The translations under genes were made by a program, and so were the position numbers. Below are positions 1-15,000 of a stretch of 64,000 nt of DNA, in pieces; the stretch's first letter is position 1, and the number at the start of each line of letters is the position of its first letter. Where the stretch lies: the NCBI RefSeq assembly GCF_006345805.1, contig NC_043002.1, positions 58,218,001 to 58,282,000 on the forward strand. The letters are read 5' to 3'. Origin of the DNA: Octopus sinensis (lineage: Eukaryota). The notes below the pieces were generated by a model. The model was not told the origin of the DNA. It did not search any database and saw nothing but the letters and a program-made list of their open reading frames with translations.

Positions 1-3000
1 ACTCTAGTTACTTTTCATGGACAGTTGTCCACTCAAGTTACTTTTCATCAACAATCGTTCAATCAATTTACTTTACCTCGACTGCTGTCCACTCTAGTTA
101 CTTTTCATCGACTATTGTCCACTCTAGTTACTTTTCATCAACTGCTGTCCACTCTAGTTACTTTTCATGGACAGTTGTCCACTCTAGTTACTTTACCTCA
201 GCTACCGTCCACTCTAGTTACTTTCATCGACTGCTGTCAATTCAGTTACTTTCATGAACAGTTGTCCACTCTAGTTGCTTTACCTCAGCTACCGCTACCG
301 TCCACTCTAGTTACTTTTCATCGAATACTGTCATTCTAGTTACTTTTCATCATCTGCTGTCCACTCTAGTTACTTTTCATGAACAGTTGTCCACTCTAGT
401 TACTTTACCTCAGCTACCGTCCACTCTAGTTACTTTTCATCAACTGTTGTCACTTCTAGTTACTTTTCATCAACTGCTGTCCACTCTAGTTAATTTTCAT
501 GAACAGTTGTCCACTCTAGTTACTTTACCTCAGCTACCGTGCACTCTAGTTACTTTCATCAACTGTTGTCAATTCTAGTTACTTTTCATCAACTGCTGTC
601 CATTCTAGTTACTTTTCATGGGACAATTGTCCACTCTAGTTACTTTTCCTCAGCTATCGTCCACTCTAGTTACTTTTCATCAACTGTTGTCAATTCTAGT
701 TACTTTTCATCAATGCTGTCCACTCTAGTTACTTTTCATGGACAGTTGTCCACTCTAGTTACTTTTTATCAACAATCGTCCAATCAATTTACTTTACCTC
801 GACTGCTGTCCACTCTAGTTACTTTTCATCGACTGTGGTCCACTCTAGTTACTTTTCATCAACTGCTGTCCACTCTAGTTACTTTTCATGGACAGTTGTC
901 CACTCTAGTTACTTTACCTCAGCTACCGTCCACTCTAGTTACTTTTCATCGACTGCTGTCAATTCTAGTTACTTTCATGAACAGTTGTCCACTCTAGTAC
1001 TTTACCTCAGCTACCGTCCACTCTAGTTACCTTTCATCGACGACTGTCAATTCTAGTTACTTTTCATCAACTGCTGTCCACTCTAGTTACTTTCATGAAC
1101 AGTTGTCCACTCTAGTTACTTTACCTCAGCTACCGTCCAGTCTAGTTACTTTTCATCAACTGTTGTCAATTCTAGTTACTTTTCATCAACTGCTGTCCAC
1201 TCTAGTTACTTTTCATGAACAGTTGTCCACTCTAGTTACTTTACCTCAGCTACCGCCGTGCACTCTAGTTACTTTTCATCAACTGTTGTCAATTCTAGTT
1301 ACTTTTCATCAACTGCTGTCCACTCTAGTTACTTTTCATGAACAGTTGTCCACTCTAGTTACTTTACCTCAGCTACCGTCCACTCTAGTTACTTTTCATC
1401 AACTGTTGTCAATTCTAGTTACTTTTCATCAACTGCTGTCCATTCTAGTTACTTTTCATGGACAATTGTCCACTCTAGTTACTTTTCCTCAGCTATCGTC
1501 GACTCTACATACTTTTCATCAACTGTCGTCAATTCTAGTTACTTTTCATCAACTGCTGTCCACTCTAGTTACTTTCATGAACAGTTGTCCACTCTAGTTA
1601 CTTTACCTCAGCTACCGTCCACTCTAGTTACTTTTCATCACTGTTGCCAATCTAGTTACTTTTCATCAACTGCTGTCCATTCTAGTTACTTTTCATGGAC
1701 ATTGTCCACTCTAGTTACTTTTCCTCAGCTATCGTCCACTCTAGCTACTTTTCATCACTGTTGTCAATTCTAGTTACTTTTCATCAACTGCTGTCCACTC
1801 TAGTTACTTTTCATGGACAGTTGTCCACTCTAGTTACTTTTTATCAACAATCGTCCAATCAATTTACTTTACCTCGACTGCTGTCCACTCTAGTTACTTT
1901 TCATCGACTGTGTCCACTCTAGTTACTTTTCATCAACTGCTGTCCACTCTAGTTACTTTTCATGGACAGTTGTCCACTCTAGTTACTTTTCATGGACAGT
2001 AGTCCACTCAAGTTACTTTTCATCAAGCTGCTGTCCACTCTAGTTACTTTTCATGAACAGTTGTCCACTCTAGTTACTACTTACCTCAGCTACCGTCCGT
2101 CCACTCTAGTTACTTTTCATCAACTGTTGTCAATTCTAGTTACTTTTCATCAACTGCTGTCCACTCTAGTTAATTTTCATGAACATTGTCCACTCTAGTT
2201 ACTTTACCTCAGCTACCGTGCACTCTAGTTACTTTTCATCACTGTTGTCAATTCTAGTTACTTTTCATCAACTGCTGTCCACTCTAGTTACTTTTCATGA
2301 ACAGTTGTCCACTCTAGTTACTTTACCTCAGCTACCGTCCACTCTAGTTCTTACTTTCATCAACTGTTGTCAATTCTAGTTACTTTTCATCAACTGCTGT
2401 CCATTCTAGTTACTTTTCATGGACAATTGTCCACTCTAGTTACTTTTCCTCAGCTATCGTCCACTCTAGTTACTTTTCATCAACTGTTGTCAATTCTAGT
2501 TACTTTTCATCAACTGCTGTCCACTCTAGTTACTTTTCATGGACAGTTGTCCACTCTAGTTACTTTTCATCAACTGTTGTCAATTCTAGTTACTTTTCAT
2601 CAACTACTGTCCACTCTAGTTACTTTTCATGGACAGTTGTCCACTCAAATTACTTTTCATCAACACTCGTTCAATCAATTTACTTTACCTCGACTGCTGT
2701 CCACTCTAGTTACTTTTCATCGACTGTGGTCCACTCTAGTTACTTTTCATCAACTGCTGTCCACTTTAGTAACTTTTCATGAACAGTTGTCCCCTCTAGT
2801 TACTTTACCTCAGCTGCCGTCCACTCTAGTTACTTTTCATCAACTGTTGTCAATTCTAGTTACTTTTCATCAACTGCTGTCCACTCTAGTTACTTTTCAT
2901 GAACAGTTGTCCACTCTAGTTACTTTTCATGAACAGTTGTCCACTCTAGTTACTTTACCTCAGCTACCGTGCACTCTAGTTACTTTTCATCAACTGTTGT

Positions 3001-6000
3001 CAATTCTAGTTACTTTTCATCAACTGCTGTCCACTCTAGTTACTTTATGAACAGTTGTGTCCTCTAGTTACTTTAGCTCAGCTACCGTCCACTCTAGTTA
3101 CTTTTCATCAAGTGTTGTCAATTCTAGTTACTTTTCATCAACTGCTGTCCATTCTAGTTACTTTTCATGGACAATTGTCCACTTTAGTTACTTTTCCTCA
3201 GCTATCGTCGACTCTAGTTACTTTTCATCAACTGTTGTCAATTCTAGTTACTTTTCATCAACTGCTGTCCACTCTAGTTACTTTTCATGGACAGTTGTCC
3301 ACTCTAGTTACTTTTCATCAACTGTTGTCAATCTAGTTACTTTTCATCAACTGCTGTCCACTCTAGTTACTTTTCATGGACAGTTGTCCACTCAAGTTAC
3401 TTTTCATCAACAATCGTCCATCAATTTACTTTACCTCGACTGCTGTCCACTCCAGTTACTTTTCATCGACTGTGGTCCACTCTAGTTACTTTTCATCACT
3501 GCTGTCCACTCTAGTTACTTTTCATCGACAGTTGTCCACTCTAGTTACTTTACTCAGCTACCGTCCACTCTAGTTACTTTTCATCGACTGCTGTCAATTC
3601 TAGTTACTTTTCATGACAGTTGTCCACTCTAGTTACTTTACCTCAGCTACCGTCCACTCTAGTTACTTTTCATCGACTACTGTCAATTCTAGTTACTTTT
3701 CATTAACTGCTGTCCACTCTAGTTACTTTTCATGAACAGTTTCCACTCTAGTTACTTTACCTCACCTACCGTGCACTCTAGTTACTTTTCATCAAATGTT
3801 GTCAATTCTAGTTACTTTTCATCAACTGCTGTCCCCTCTAGTTACTTTCATGAACAGTTGTCCACTCTAGTTACTTTACCTCAGCTACCGTCCACTCTAG
3901 TTACTTTTCATCAACTGTTGCCAATTCTAGTTACTTTTATCACTCAACTGCTGTCCATTCTAGTTACTTTTCATGGACAATTGTCCACTCTAGTTACTTT
4001 TCCTCAGCTATCGTCCACTCTAGTTACTTTTCATCAACTGTTGTCAATTCTAGTTACTTTTCATCAACTGCTGTCCACTCTAGTTACTTTTCATGGACAG
4101 TTGTCCACTCTAGTTACTTTTATCAACAATCGTCCAATCAATTTACTTTACCTCGACTGCTGTCCACTCTAGTTACTTTTCATCGACTGTGGTCCACTCT
4201 AGTTACTTTCATCAACTGCTGTCCACTCTAGTTACTTTTCATGGACAGTTGTCCACTCTAGTTACTTTTCATGGACAGTAGTCCACTCAAGTTACTTTTC
4301 ATCAACTGCTGTCCACTCTAGTTACTTTTCATGAACAGTTGTCCACTCTAGTTACTTTACCTCAGCTACCGTCCACTCTAGTTACTTTTCATCACTGTTG
4401 TCAATTCTAGTTACTTTTCATCAACTGCTGTCCACTCTAGTTAATTTTCATGAACAGTTGTCCACTCTAGTTACTTTACCTCAGCTACCGTGCACTCTAG
4501 TTACTTTTCATCAACTGTTGTCAATTCTAGTTACTTTTCATCAACTGCTGTCCACTCTAGTTACTTTTCATGAACAGTTGTCCACTCTAGTTACTTTACC
4601 TCAGCTACCGTCCACTCTAGTTACTTTTCATCAACTGTTGTCAATTCTAGTTACTTTCATCAAACTGCTGTCCATTCTAGTTACTTTTCACGGACATTGT
4701 CCACTCTAGTTACTTTTCCTCAGCTATCGTCCACTCTAGTTACTTTTCATCAACTGTTGTCAATTCTAGTTACTTTTCATCAACTGCTGTCCACTTCTAG
4801 TTACTTTTCATGGACAGTTGTCCACTCTAGTTACTTTTCATCAACTGTTGTCAATTCTAGTTACTTTTCATCAACTGCTGTCCACTCTAGTTACTTTTCA
4901 TGGACAGTTGTCCACTCAAATTACTTTTCATCACACTCGTTCAATCAATTTACTTTACCTCGACTGCTGTCCACTCTAGTTACTTTTCATCGACTGTGGT
5001 CCACTCTAGTTACTTTTCATCAACTGCTGTCCACTTTAGTAACTTTCATGAACAGTTGTCCACTCTAGTTACTTTACCTCAGCTGCCGTCCACTCTAGTT
5101 ACTTTTCATCAACTGTTGTCAATTCTAGTACTTTTCATCAACTGCTGTCCACTCTAGTTACTTTTCATGAACAGTTGTCCACTCTAGTTACTTTTCATGA
5201 ACAGTTGTCCACTCTAGTTACTTTACCTCAGCTACCGTGCACTCTAGTTACTTTTCGTCAACTGTTGTCAATTCTAGTTACTTTTCATCAACTGCTGTCC
5301 ACTCTAGTTACTTTTCATGAACAGTTGTCCACTCTAGTTACTTTAGCTCAGCTACCGTCCACTCTAGTTACTTTTCATCAAGTGTTGTCAATTCTAGTTA
5401 CTTTTCATCAACTGCTGTCCATTCTAGTTACTTTTCATGGACAATTGTCCACTTTAGTTACTTTTCCTCAGCTATCGTCGACTCTAGTTACTTTTCATCA
5501 ACTGTTGTCAATTCTAGTTACTTTTCATCAACTGCTGTCCACTCTAGGTACTTTTCATGGACAGTTGTCCACTCTAGTTACTTTTCATCAACTGTTGTCA
5601 ATTCTAGTTACTTTTCATCAACTGCTGTCCACTCTAGTTACTTTTCATGGACAGTTGTCCACTCTAGTTACTTTTCATCAACAATCGTCCAATCAATTTA
5701 CTTTACCTCGACTGCTGTCCACTCCAGTTACTTTTCATCGACTGTGGTCCACTCTAGTTACTTTTCATCAACTGCTGTCCACTCTAGTTACTTTTCATGG
5801 ACAGTTGTCCACTCTAGTTACTTTACTTACCTCAGCTACCGTCCACTCTAGTTTACTTTTTCATCGACTGCTGTCAATTCTAGTTACTTTTCATGAACAG
5901 TTGTCCACTCTAGTTACTTTACCTCAGCTACCGTCCACTCTAGTTACTTTTCATCGACTACTGTCAATTCTAGTTACTTTTCATCAACTGCTGTCCACTC

Positions 6001-9000
6001 TAGTTACTTTCATGAACAGTTGTCCACTCTAGTTACTTTACTCAGCTACCGTGCACTGTAGTTACTTTTCATCAAATGTTGTCAATTCTAGTTACTTTTC
6101 ATCAACTGCTGTCCACTCTAGTTACTTTTCATGAACAGTTGTCCACCTAGTTACTTTACCTCAGCTACCGTCCACTCTAGTTACTTTTCATCAACTGTTG
6201 CCAATTCTAGTTACTTTTCATCAACTGCTGTCCATTCTAGTTACTTTTCATGGACAATTGTCCACTCTAGTCTAGTTACTTTTCCTCAGCTATCGTCCAC
6301 TCTAGTTACTTTTCATCAACTGTTGTCAATTCTAGTTACTTTTCATCAACTGCTGTCCACTCTAGTTACTTTTCATGGACAGTTGTCCACTCTAGTTACT
6401 TTTTATCAACAATCGTCCATTTACTTTACCTCGACTGCTGTCCACTCTAGTTACTTTTCATCGACTGTGTCCACTCTAGTTACTTTTCATCGACTGCTGT
6501 CCACTCTAGTTACTTTTCATCTAGTTACTGACAGTAGTCCACTCTAGTTACTTTTCATCAACTGCTGTCCACTCTAGTTAATTTTCATGAACAGTTGTCC
6601 ACTCTAGTTACTTTACCTCAGCTACCTTGCACTCTAGTTACTTTTCATCAACTGTTGACAATTCTAGTTACTTTTCATCAACTGCTGTCAATTCTAGTTA
6701 CTTTTCATGGACATTGTCCACTCTAGTTACTTTTCCTCAGCTATGTCCACTCTAGTTACTTTTCATCAACTGTTTCAATTCTAGTTACTTTACATCAACT
6801 GCTGTCCACTCTAGTTACTTTTCATGGACAGTTGTCCACTCTAGTTACTTTTTATCACAATCGTCCAATCAATTTACTTTACCTCGACTGCTGTCCACTC
6901 TAGTTACTTTCATCGACTGTGGTCCACTCTAGTTACTTTTCATCAACTGCTGTCCACTCTAGTTACTTTTCATGGACAGTTGTCCACTCTAGTTACTTTA
7001 CCTCAGCTACCGTCCACTCTAGTTACTTTTCATCGACTGCTGTCAATTCTAGTTACTTTTCATGAACAGTTGTCCACTCTAGTTACTTTACCTCAGCTAC
7101 CGTCCACTCTAGTTACTTTTCATCAACTGTTGTCATTCTAGTTACTTTTCATCAACTGCTGTCCACTCTAGTTATTTCATGAACAGTTGTCCACTCTAGT
7201 TACTTTACCTCAGCTACCGTGCACTCTAGTTACTTTTCATCAACTGTTGTCAATTCTAGTTACTTTTCATCAACTGCTGTCCACTCTAGTTACTTTTCAT
7301 GAACAGTTGTCCACTCTAGTTACTTCACCTCAGCTACCGTCCACTCTAGTTACTTTCCATCAACTGTTGTCAATTCTAGTTACTTTTCATCAACTGCTGT
7401 CCATTCTAGTTACTTTTCATGGACAATTGTCCACTCTAGTTACTTTTCCTCAGCTATCGTCCACTCTAGTTACTTTTCATCAACTGTTGTCAATTCTAGT
7501 TACTTTTCATCAACTGCTGTCCACTCTTGTTACTTTTCATGGACAGTTGTCCACTCTAGTTACTTTTCATCAACTGTTGTCAATTCTAGTTACTTTTCAT
7601 CAACTGCTGTCCACTCTAGTTACTTTTCATGGACAGTTGTCCACTCAAATTACTTTTCATCAACACTCGTTCAATCAATTTACTTTTACCTCAACTGCTG
7701 TCCACTCTAGTTACTTTTCATCGACTGTGTCCACTGTAGTTACTTTTCATCAACTGCTGTCCACTCTATTTATTTTCATGGACAGTTGTCCACTCAAGTT
7801 ACTTTACCTCAGCTACCGTCCACTCTAGTTACTTTTCATCGACTGCTGTCAATTCTAGTTACTTTTCATGAACAGTTGTCCACTCTAGTTACTTTACCTC
7901 AGCTACCGTCCACTCTAGTTACTTTTCATCGTCTACTGTCAATTCTAGTTACTTTTCATCAACTGCTGTCCACTCTAGTTACTTTTCATGAACAGTTGTC
8001 CACTCTAGTTACTTTACCTCAGCTACCGTCCACTCTAGTTACTTTTCATCAACTGTTGTCAATTCTAGTTACTTTTCATCAACTGCTGTCCACTCTAGTT
8101 AATTTTCATGAACAGTTGTCCACTCTAGTTACTTTACCTCAGCTACCGTGCACTCTAGTTACTTTTCATCAACTGTTGTCAATTCTAGTTACTTTTCATC
8201 AACTGCTGTCCACTCTAGTTACTTTTCATGAACAGTTGTCCACTCTAGTTACTTTACCTCAGCTACCGTCCACTCTAGTTACTTTTCATCAACTGTTGTC
8301 AATTCTATTTACTTTTCATCAACTGCTGTCCATTCTAGTTACTTTTCATGGACAATTGTCCACTCTAGTTACTTTTCCTCAGCTACCGTCCACTCTAGTT
8401 ACTTTTCATCAACTGTTGTCAATTCTAGTTACTTTTCATCAACTGCTGTCCACTCTAGTTACTTTTCATGGACAGTTGTCCACTCTAGTTACTTTTCATC
8501 AACTGTTGTCAATTCTAGTTACTTTTCATCAACTGCTGTCCACTCTAGTTACTTTTCATGGACAGTTGTCCACTCAAGTTACTTTTCATCAACAATCGTC
8601 CAATCAATTTACTTTACCTCGACTGCTGTCCACTCTAGTTACTTTTCATCGACTGTGGTCCACTCTAGTTACTTTTCATCAACTGCTGTCCACTCTAGTT
8701 ACTTTTCATGGACAGTTGTCCACTCTAGTTACTTTACCTCAGCTACCGTCCACTCTAGTTACTTTTCATCGACTGCTGTCAATTCTAGTTACTTTTCATG
8801 AACAGTTGTCCACTCTAGTTACTTTACCTCAGCTACCGTCCACTCTATTTACTTTTCATCGACTACTGTCAATTCTAGTTACTTTTCATCAACTGCTGTC
8901 CACTCTAGTTACTTTCATGAACAGTTGTCCACTCTAGTTACTTTTCATCAACTGTTGTCAATTCTAGTTACTTTTCATCAACTGCTGTCCACTCTAGTTA

Positions 9001-12000
9001 CTTTTCATCGACTGTGGTCCACTCTAGTTACTTTTCATCAACTGCTGTCCACTCTAGTTACTTTTCCTGGACAGATGTCCACTCTAGTTACTTTACCTCA
9101 GCTACCGTCCACTCTAGTTACTTTTCATCGACTGCTGTCAATTCTAGTTACTTTTCATGAACAGTTGTCCACTCTAGTTAATTTACCTCAGCTACCGTCC
9201 ACTCTAGTTACTTTTCATCGACTACTGTCAATTCTAGTTACTTTTCATCAACTGCTGTCCACTCTAGTTACTTTTCATGAACAGTTGTCCACTCTAGTTA
9301 CTTTACCTCAGCTACCGTCCACTCTAGTTACTTTTCATCAACTGTTGTCAATTCTAGTTACTTTTCATCAACTGCTGTCCACTCTAGTTAATTTTCATGA
9401 ACAGTTGTCCACTCTAGTTACTTTACCTCAGCTACCGTGCACTCTAGTTACTTTTCATCAACTGTTGTCAATTCTGGTTACTTTTCATCAACTGCTGTCC
9501 ACTCTAGTTACTTTTCATGAACAGTTGTCCACTCTAGTTACTTTACCTCAGCTACCGTCCACTCTAGTTACTTTTTCATCAACTGTTGCCAATTCTAGTT
9601 ACTTTTCATCAACTGCTGTCCATTCTAGTTACTTTTCATGGAACAATTGTCCACTCTAGTTACTTTTCCTCAGCTATCGTCCACTCTAGTTACTTTTCAT
9701 CAACTGTTGTCAATTCTAGTTACTTTTCATCAACTGCTGTCCACTCTAGTTACTTTTCATGGACAGTTGTCCACTCTTGTTACTTTTTATCAACAATCGT
9801 CCAATCAATTTACTTTACCTCGACTGCTGTCCACTCTAGTTACTTTTCATGGACAGTAGTCCACTCAAGTTACTTTTCCTCAACTGCTGTCCACTCTAGT
9901 TACTTTTCCTGAACAGTTGTCCACTCTAGTTACTTTACCTCAGCTATCGTCGACTCTAGTTACTTTTCATCAACTGTTGTCAATTCTAGTTACTTTTCAT
10001 CAACTGCTGTCCACTCTCGTTACTTTTCATGGACAGTTGTCCACTCTAGTTACTTTTCATCAACTGTTGTCAATTCTAGTTACTTTTCATCAACTGCTGT
10101 CCACTCGTTACTTTTCATGGACAGTTGTCCACTCAAGGGTACTTTTCATCAACAGTCGTCCAATCATTTACTGTACCTCGACTGCTGTCCACTCTAGTTA
10201 CTTTTCATCGACTGTGTCCACTCTAGTTACTTTTCATCAACTGCTGTCCACTCTAGTTACTTTTCATGGACAGTTCTCCACTCTAGTTACTTTAACCTCA
10301 GCTACCGTCCACTCTAGTTACTTTTCATCGACTGCTGTCAATTCTAGTTACTTTTCATGACATTGTCCACTCTAGTTAATTTACCTCAGCTACCGTCCAC
10401 TCTAGTTACTTTTCATCGACTACTGTCAATTCTAGTTACTTTTCATCAACTGCTGTCCACTCTAGTTACTTTTCATGAACAGTTGTCCACTCTAGTTACT
10501 TTACCTCAGCCACCGTCCACTCTAGTTACTTTTCATCAACTGTTGTCAATTCTAGTTACTTTTCATCAACTGCTGTCCACTCTAGTTAATTTTCATGAAC
10601 AATTGTCCACTCTAGTTACTTTACCTCAGCTACCGTGCACTCTAGTTACTTTTCATCAACTGTTGTCAATTCTAGTTACTTTTCATCAACTGCTGTCCAC
10701 TCTAGTTACTTTTCATGAACAGTTGTCCACTCTAGTTACTTTACCTCAGCTACCGTGCACTCTAGTTACTTTTCATCAACTGTTGACAATTCTAGTTACT
10801 TTTCATCAACTGCTGTCCATTCTAGTTACTTTTCATGGACAATTGTCCACTCTAGTTACTTTTCCTCAGCTATCGTCCACTCTAGTTACTTTTTCATCAA
10901 CTGTTGTCAATTCTAGTTACTTTTCATCAACTGCTGTCCACTCTAGTTACTTTTCATGGACAGTTGTCCACTCTAGTTACTTTTATCAACAATCGTCCAT
11001 CATTTACTTTACCTCGACTGCTGTCCACTCTAGTTACTTTTCATCGACTGTGGGTCCACTCTAGTTACTTTTCATCACTGCTGTCCACTCTAGTTACTTT
11101 TCATGGACAGTTGTCCACTCTAGTTACTTTACCTCAGCTACCGTCCACTCTAGTTACTTTTCATCGACTGCTGTCAATTCTAGTTACTTTTCATGAACAG
11201 TTGTCCACTCTAGTTACTTTACCTCAGCTACCGTCCACTCTAGTTACTTTTCATCGACTACTGTCAATTCTAGTTACTTTTCATCAACTGCTGTCCACTC
11301 TAGTTATTTTCATGAACAGTTGTCCACTCTAGTTACTTTACCTCAGCTACCGTCCAGTCTAGTTACTTTTCATCAACTGTTGTCAATTCTAGTTACTTTT
11401 CATCAACTGCTGTCCACTCTAGTTACTTTTCATGAACAGTTGTCCACTCTAGTTACTTTACCTCAGCTACCGTGCACTCTAGTTACTTTTCATCAACTGT
11501 TGTCAATTCTAGTTACTTTTCATCAACTGCTGTCCACTCTAGTTACTTTTCATGAACAGTTGTCCACTCTAGTTACTTTAACTCAGCTACCGTCCACTCT
11601 AGTTACTTTTCATCAACTGTTGTCAATTCTATTTACTTTTCATCAACTGCTGTCCATTCTAGTTACTTTTCATGGACAATTGTCCACTCTAGTTACTTTT
11701 CCTCAGCTACCGTCCACTCTAGTTACTTTTCATCAACTGTTGTCAATTCTAGTTACTTTTCATCAACTGCTGTCCACTCTAGTTACTTTTCATGGACAGT
11801 TGTCCACTCTAGTTACTTTCATCAACTGTTTTCAATCTAGTTACTTTTCATCAACTGCTGTCCACTCTAGTTACTTTCATGGACAGTTGTCCACTCAAGT
11901 TACTTTTCATCAACAATCGTCCATCATTTACTTTACCTCGACTGCTGTCCACTCTATTTACTTTTCATCGACTGTGGTCCACTCTAGTTACTTTTCATCA

Positions 12001-15000
12001 ACTGCTGTCCACTCTAGTTACTTTTCATGGACAGTTGTCCACTAGTTACTTTACCTCAGCTACCGTCCACTCTAGTTACTTTTCATCATCGACTGCTGTC
12101 AATTCTAGTTACTTTTCATGAACAGTTGTCCACTCTAGTTACTTTACCTCAGCTACCGTCCACTCTATTTACTTTCATCGACTACTGTCAATTCTAGTTA
12201 CTTTTCATCAACTGCTGTCCACTCTAGTTACTTTTCATGAACAGTTGTCCACTCTAGTTACTTTTCATCAACTGTTGTCAATTCTAGTTACTTTTCATCA
12301 ACTGCTGTCCACTCTAGTTACTTTTCATCGACTGTGGTCCACTCTAGTTACTTTTCATCAACTGCTGTCCACTCTAGTTACTTTTCCTGGACAGTTGTCC
12401 ACTCTAGTTACTTTACCTCAGCTACCGTCCACTCTAGTTACTTTTCATCGACTGCTGTCAATTCTAGTTACTTTTCATGAACAGTTGTCCACTCTAGTTA
12501 ATTTACCTCAGCTACCGTCCACTCTAGTTACTTTTCATCGACTACTGTCAATTCTAGTTACTTTTCATCAACTGCTGTCCACTCTAGTTACTTTTCATGA
12601 ACAGTTGTCCACTCTAGTTACTTTACCTCAGCTACCGTCCACTCTAGTTACTTTTCATCAACTGTTGTCAATTCTAGTTACTTTTCATCAACTGCTGTCC
12701 ACTCTAGTTAATTTTCATGAACAGTTGTCCACTCTAGTTACTTTACCTCAGCTACCGTGCACTCTAGTTACTTTTCATCAACTGTTGTCAATTCTGGTTA
12801 CTTTTCATCACTGCTGTCCACTCTAGTTACTTTTCATGAACAGTTGTCCACTCTAGTTACTTTACCTCAGCTACCGTCCACTCTAGTTACTTTTCATCAA
12901 CTGTTGCCAATTCTGTTACTTTCATCAACTGCTGTCCATTCTAGTTACTTTTCATGGACAATTGTTCACTCTAGTTACTTTTCCTCAGCTATCGTCCACT
13001 CTAGTTACTTTTCATCAACTGTTGTCAATTCTAGTTACTTTTCATCAACTGCTGTCCACTCTAGTTACTTTTCATGGACAGTTGTCCACTCTTGTTACTT
13101 TTATCAACAATCGTCCAATCAATTTACTTTACCTCGACTGCTGTCCACTCTAGTTACTTTTCATGGACAGTAGTCCACTCAAGTTACTTTTCCTCAACTG
13201 CTGTCCACTCTAGTTACTTTTCCTGAACAGTTGTCCACTCTAGTTACTTTACCTCCGCTATCGATAAGTTTCGTCGACTCTAGTTACTTTTCATCAACTG
13301 TTGTCAATTCTAGTTACTTTTCATCAACTGCTGTCCACTCTAGTTACTTTTCATGGACAGTTGTCCACTCTAGTTACTTTTCATCAACGTTGTCAATTCT
13401 AGTTACTTTTCATCAACTGCTGTCCACTCTAGTTACTTTTCATGGACAGTTGTCCACTCAAGGTACTTTTCATCAACAGTCGTCCAATCAATTTACTTTA
13501 CCTCGACTGCTGTCCCACTCTAGTTACTTTTCATCGACTGTGGTCCACTCTAGTTACTTTTCATCAACTGCTGTCCACTCTAGTACTTTTCATGGACAGT
13601 TCTCCACTCTAGTTACTTTACCTCAGCTACCGGTCCCTCTAGTTACTTTTCATCGACTGCTGTCAATCTAGTTACTTTTCATGAACAGTTGTCCACTCTA
13701 GTTAATTTACCTCAGCTACCGTCCACTCTAGTTACTTTTCATCGACTACTGTCAATTCTAGTTACTTTTCATCAACTGCTGTCCACTCTAGTACTTTTCA
13801 TGAACAGTTGTCCACTCTAGTTACTTTACCTCAGCTACCGTCCACTCTAGTTACTTTTCATCAACTTGTTCAATTCTAGTTACTTTTTTCATCAACTGCT
13901 GTCCACTCTAGTTTTTTCATGAACAATTGTCCACTCTAGTTACTTTACCTCAGCTACCGTGCACTCTAGTTACTTTTCATCATCAACTGTTGTCAATTCT
14001 AGTTACTTTTCATCAACTGCTGTCCACTCTAGTTACTTTTCATGAACAGTTGTCCACTCTAGTTACTTTACCTCAGCTACCGTGCACTCTAGTTACTTTT
14101 CATCAACTGTTTGACAATTCTAGTTACTTTTCATCAACTGCTGTCCATTCTAGTTACTTTTCATGGACAATTGTCCACTCTAGTTACTTTTCATCAGCTA
14201 TCGTCCACTCTAGTTACTTTTCATCAACTGTTGTCATTCTAGTTACTTTCATCAACTGCTGTCCACTCTAGTTACTTTCATGGACAGTTGTCCACTCTAG
14301 TTACTTTTTATCACAATCGTCCAATCAATTTACTTTACCTCGACTGCTGTCCACTCTAGTTACTTTTCATCGACTGTGGTCCACTCTAGTTACTTTTCAT
14401 CAACTGCTGTCCACTCTAGTTACTTTTCATGGACAGTTGTCCACTCTAGTTACTTACCTCACTTACCATCATCTACCGTCCACTCTCTAGTTACTTTTCA
14501 ATCGACTGCTGTCAATTCTAGTTACTTTTCATGAACAGTTGTCCACCCTCTAGTTACTTACTCAGCTACCGTCCACTCTAGTTACTTTTCATCGACTACT
14601 GTCAATTCTAGTTACTTTTCATCAACTGCGTCCCACTCTAGTTACTTTTTCATGAACAGTTGTCCACTCTAGTTACTTTACCTCAGCTACCGTCCAGTCT
14701 AGTTACTTTTCATCAACTGTTGTCAATTCTAGTTACTTTTCATCAACTGCTGTCCACCACTCTATTTACTTTTCATGAACAGTTGTCTCACACTCTATTA
14801 CTTTACACTCAGTCAGCGTACCGTCCACTCTAGTTACTTTTCATCAACGTTGTCAATTCTAGTTACTTTTCATCAACTGCTGTCCATTCTAGTTACTTTT
14901 CATGGACAATTGTCCACTCTAGTTATTTTTCCACTTCCTCAGCTATCGTCGACTCTACATACTTTTCATCAACTGTCGTCAATTCTAGTTACTTTTCATC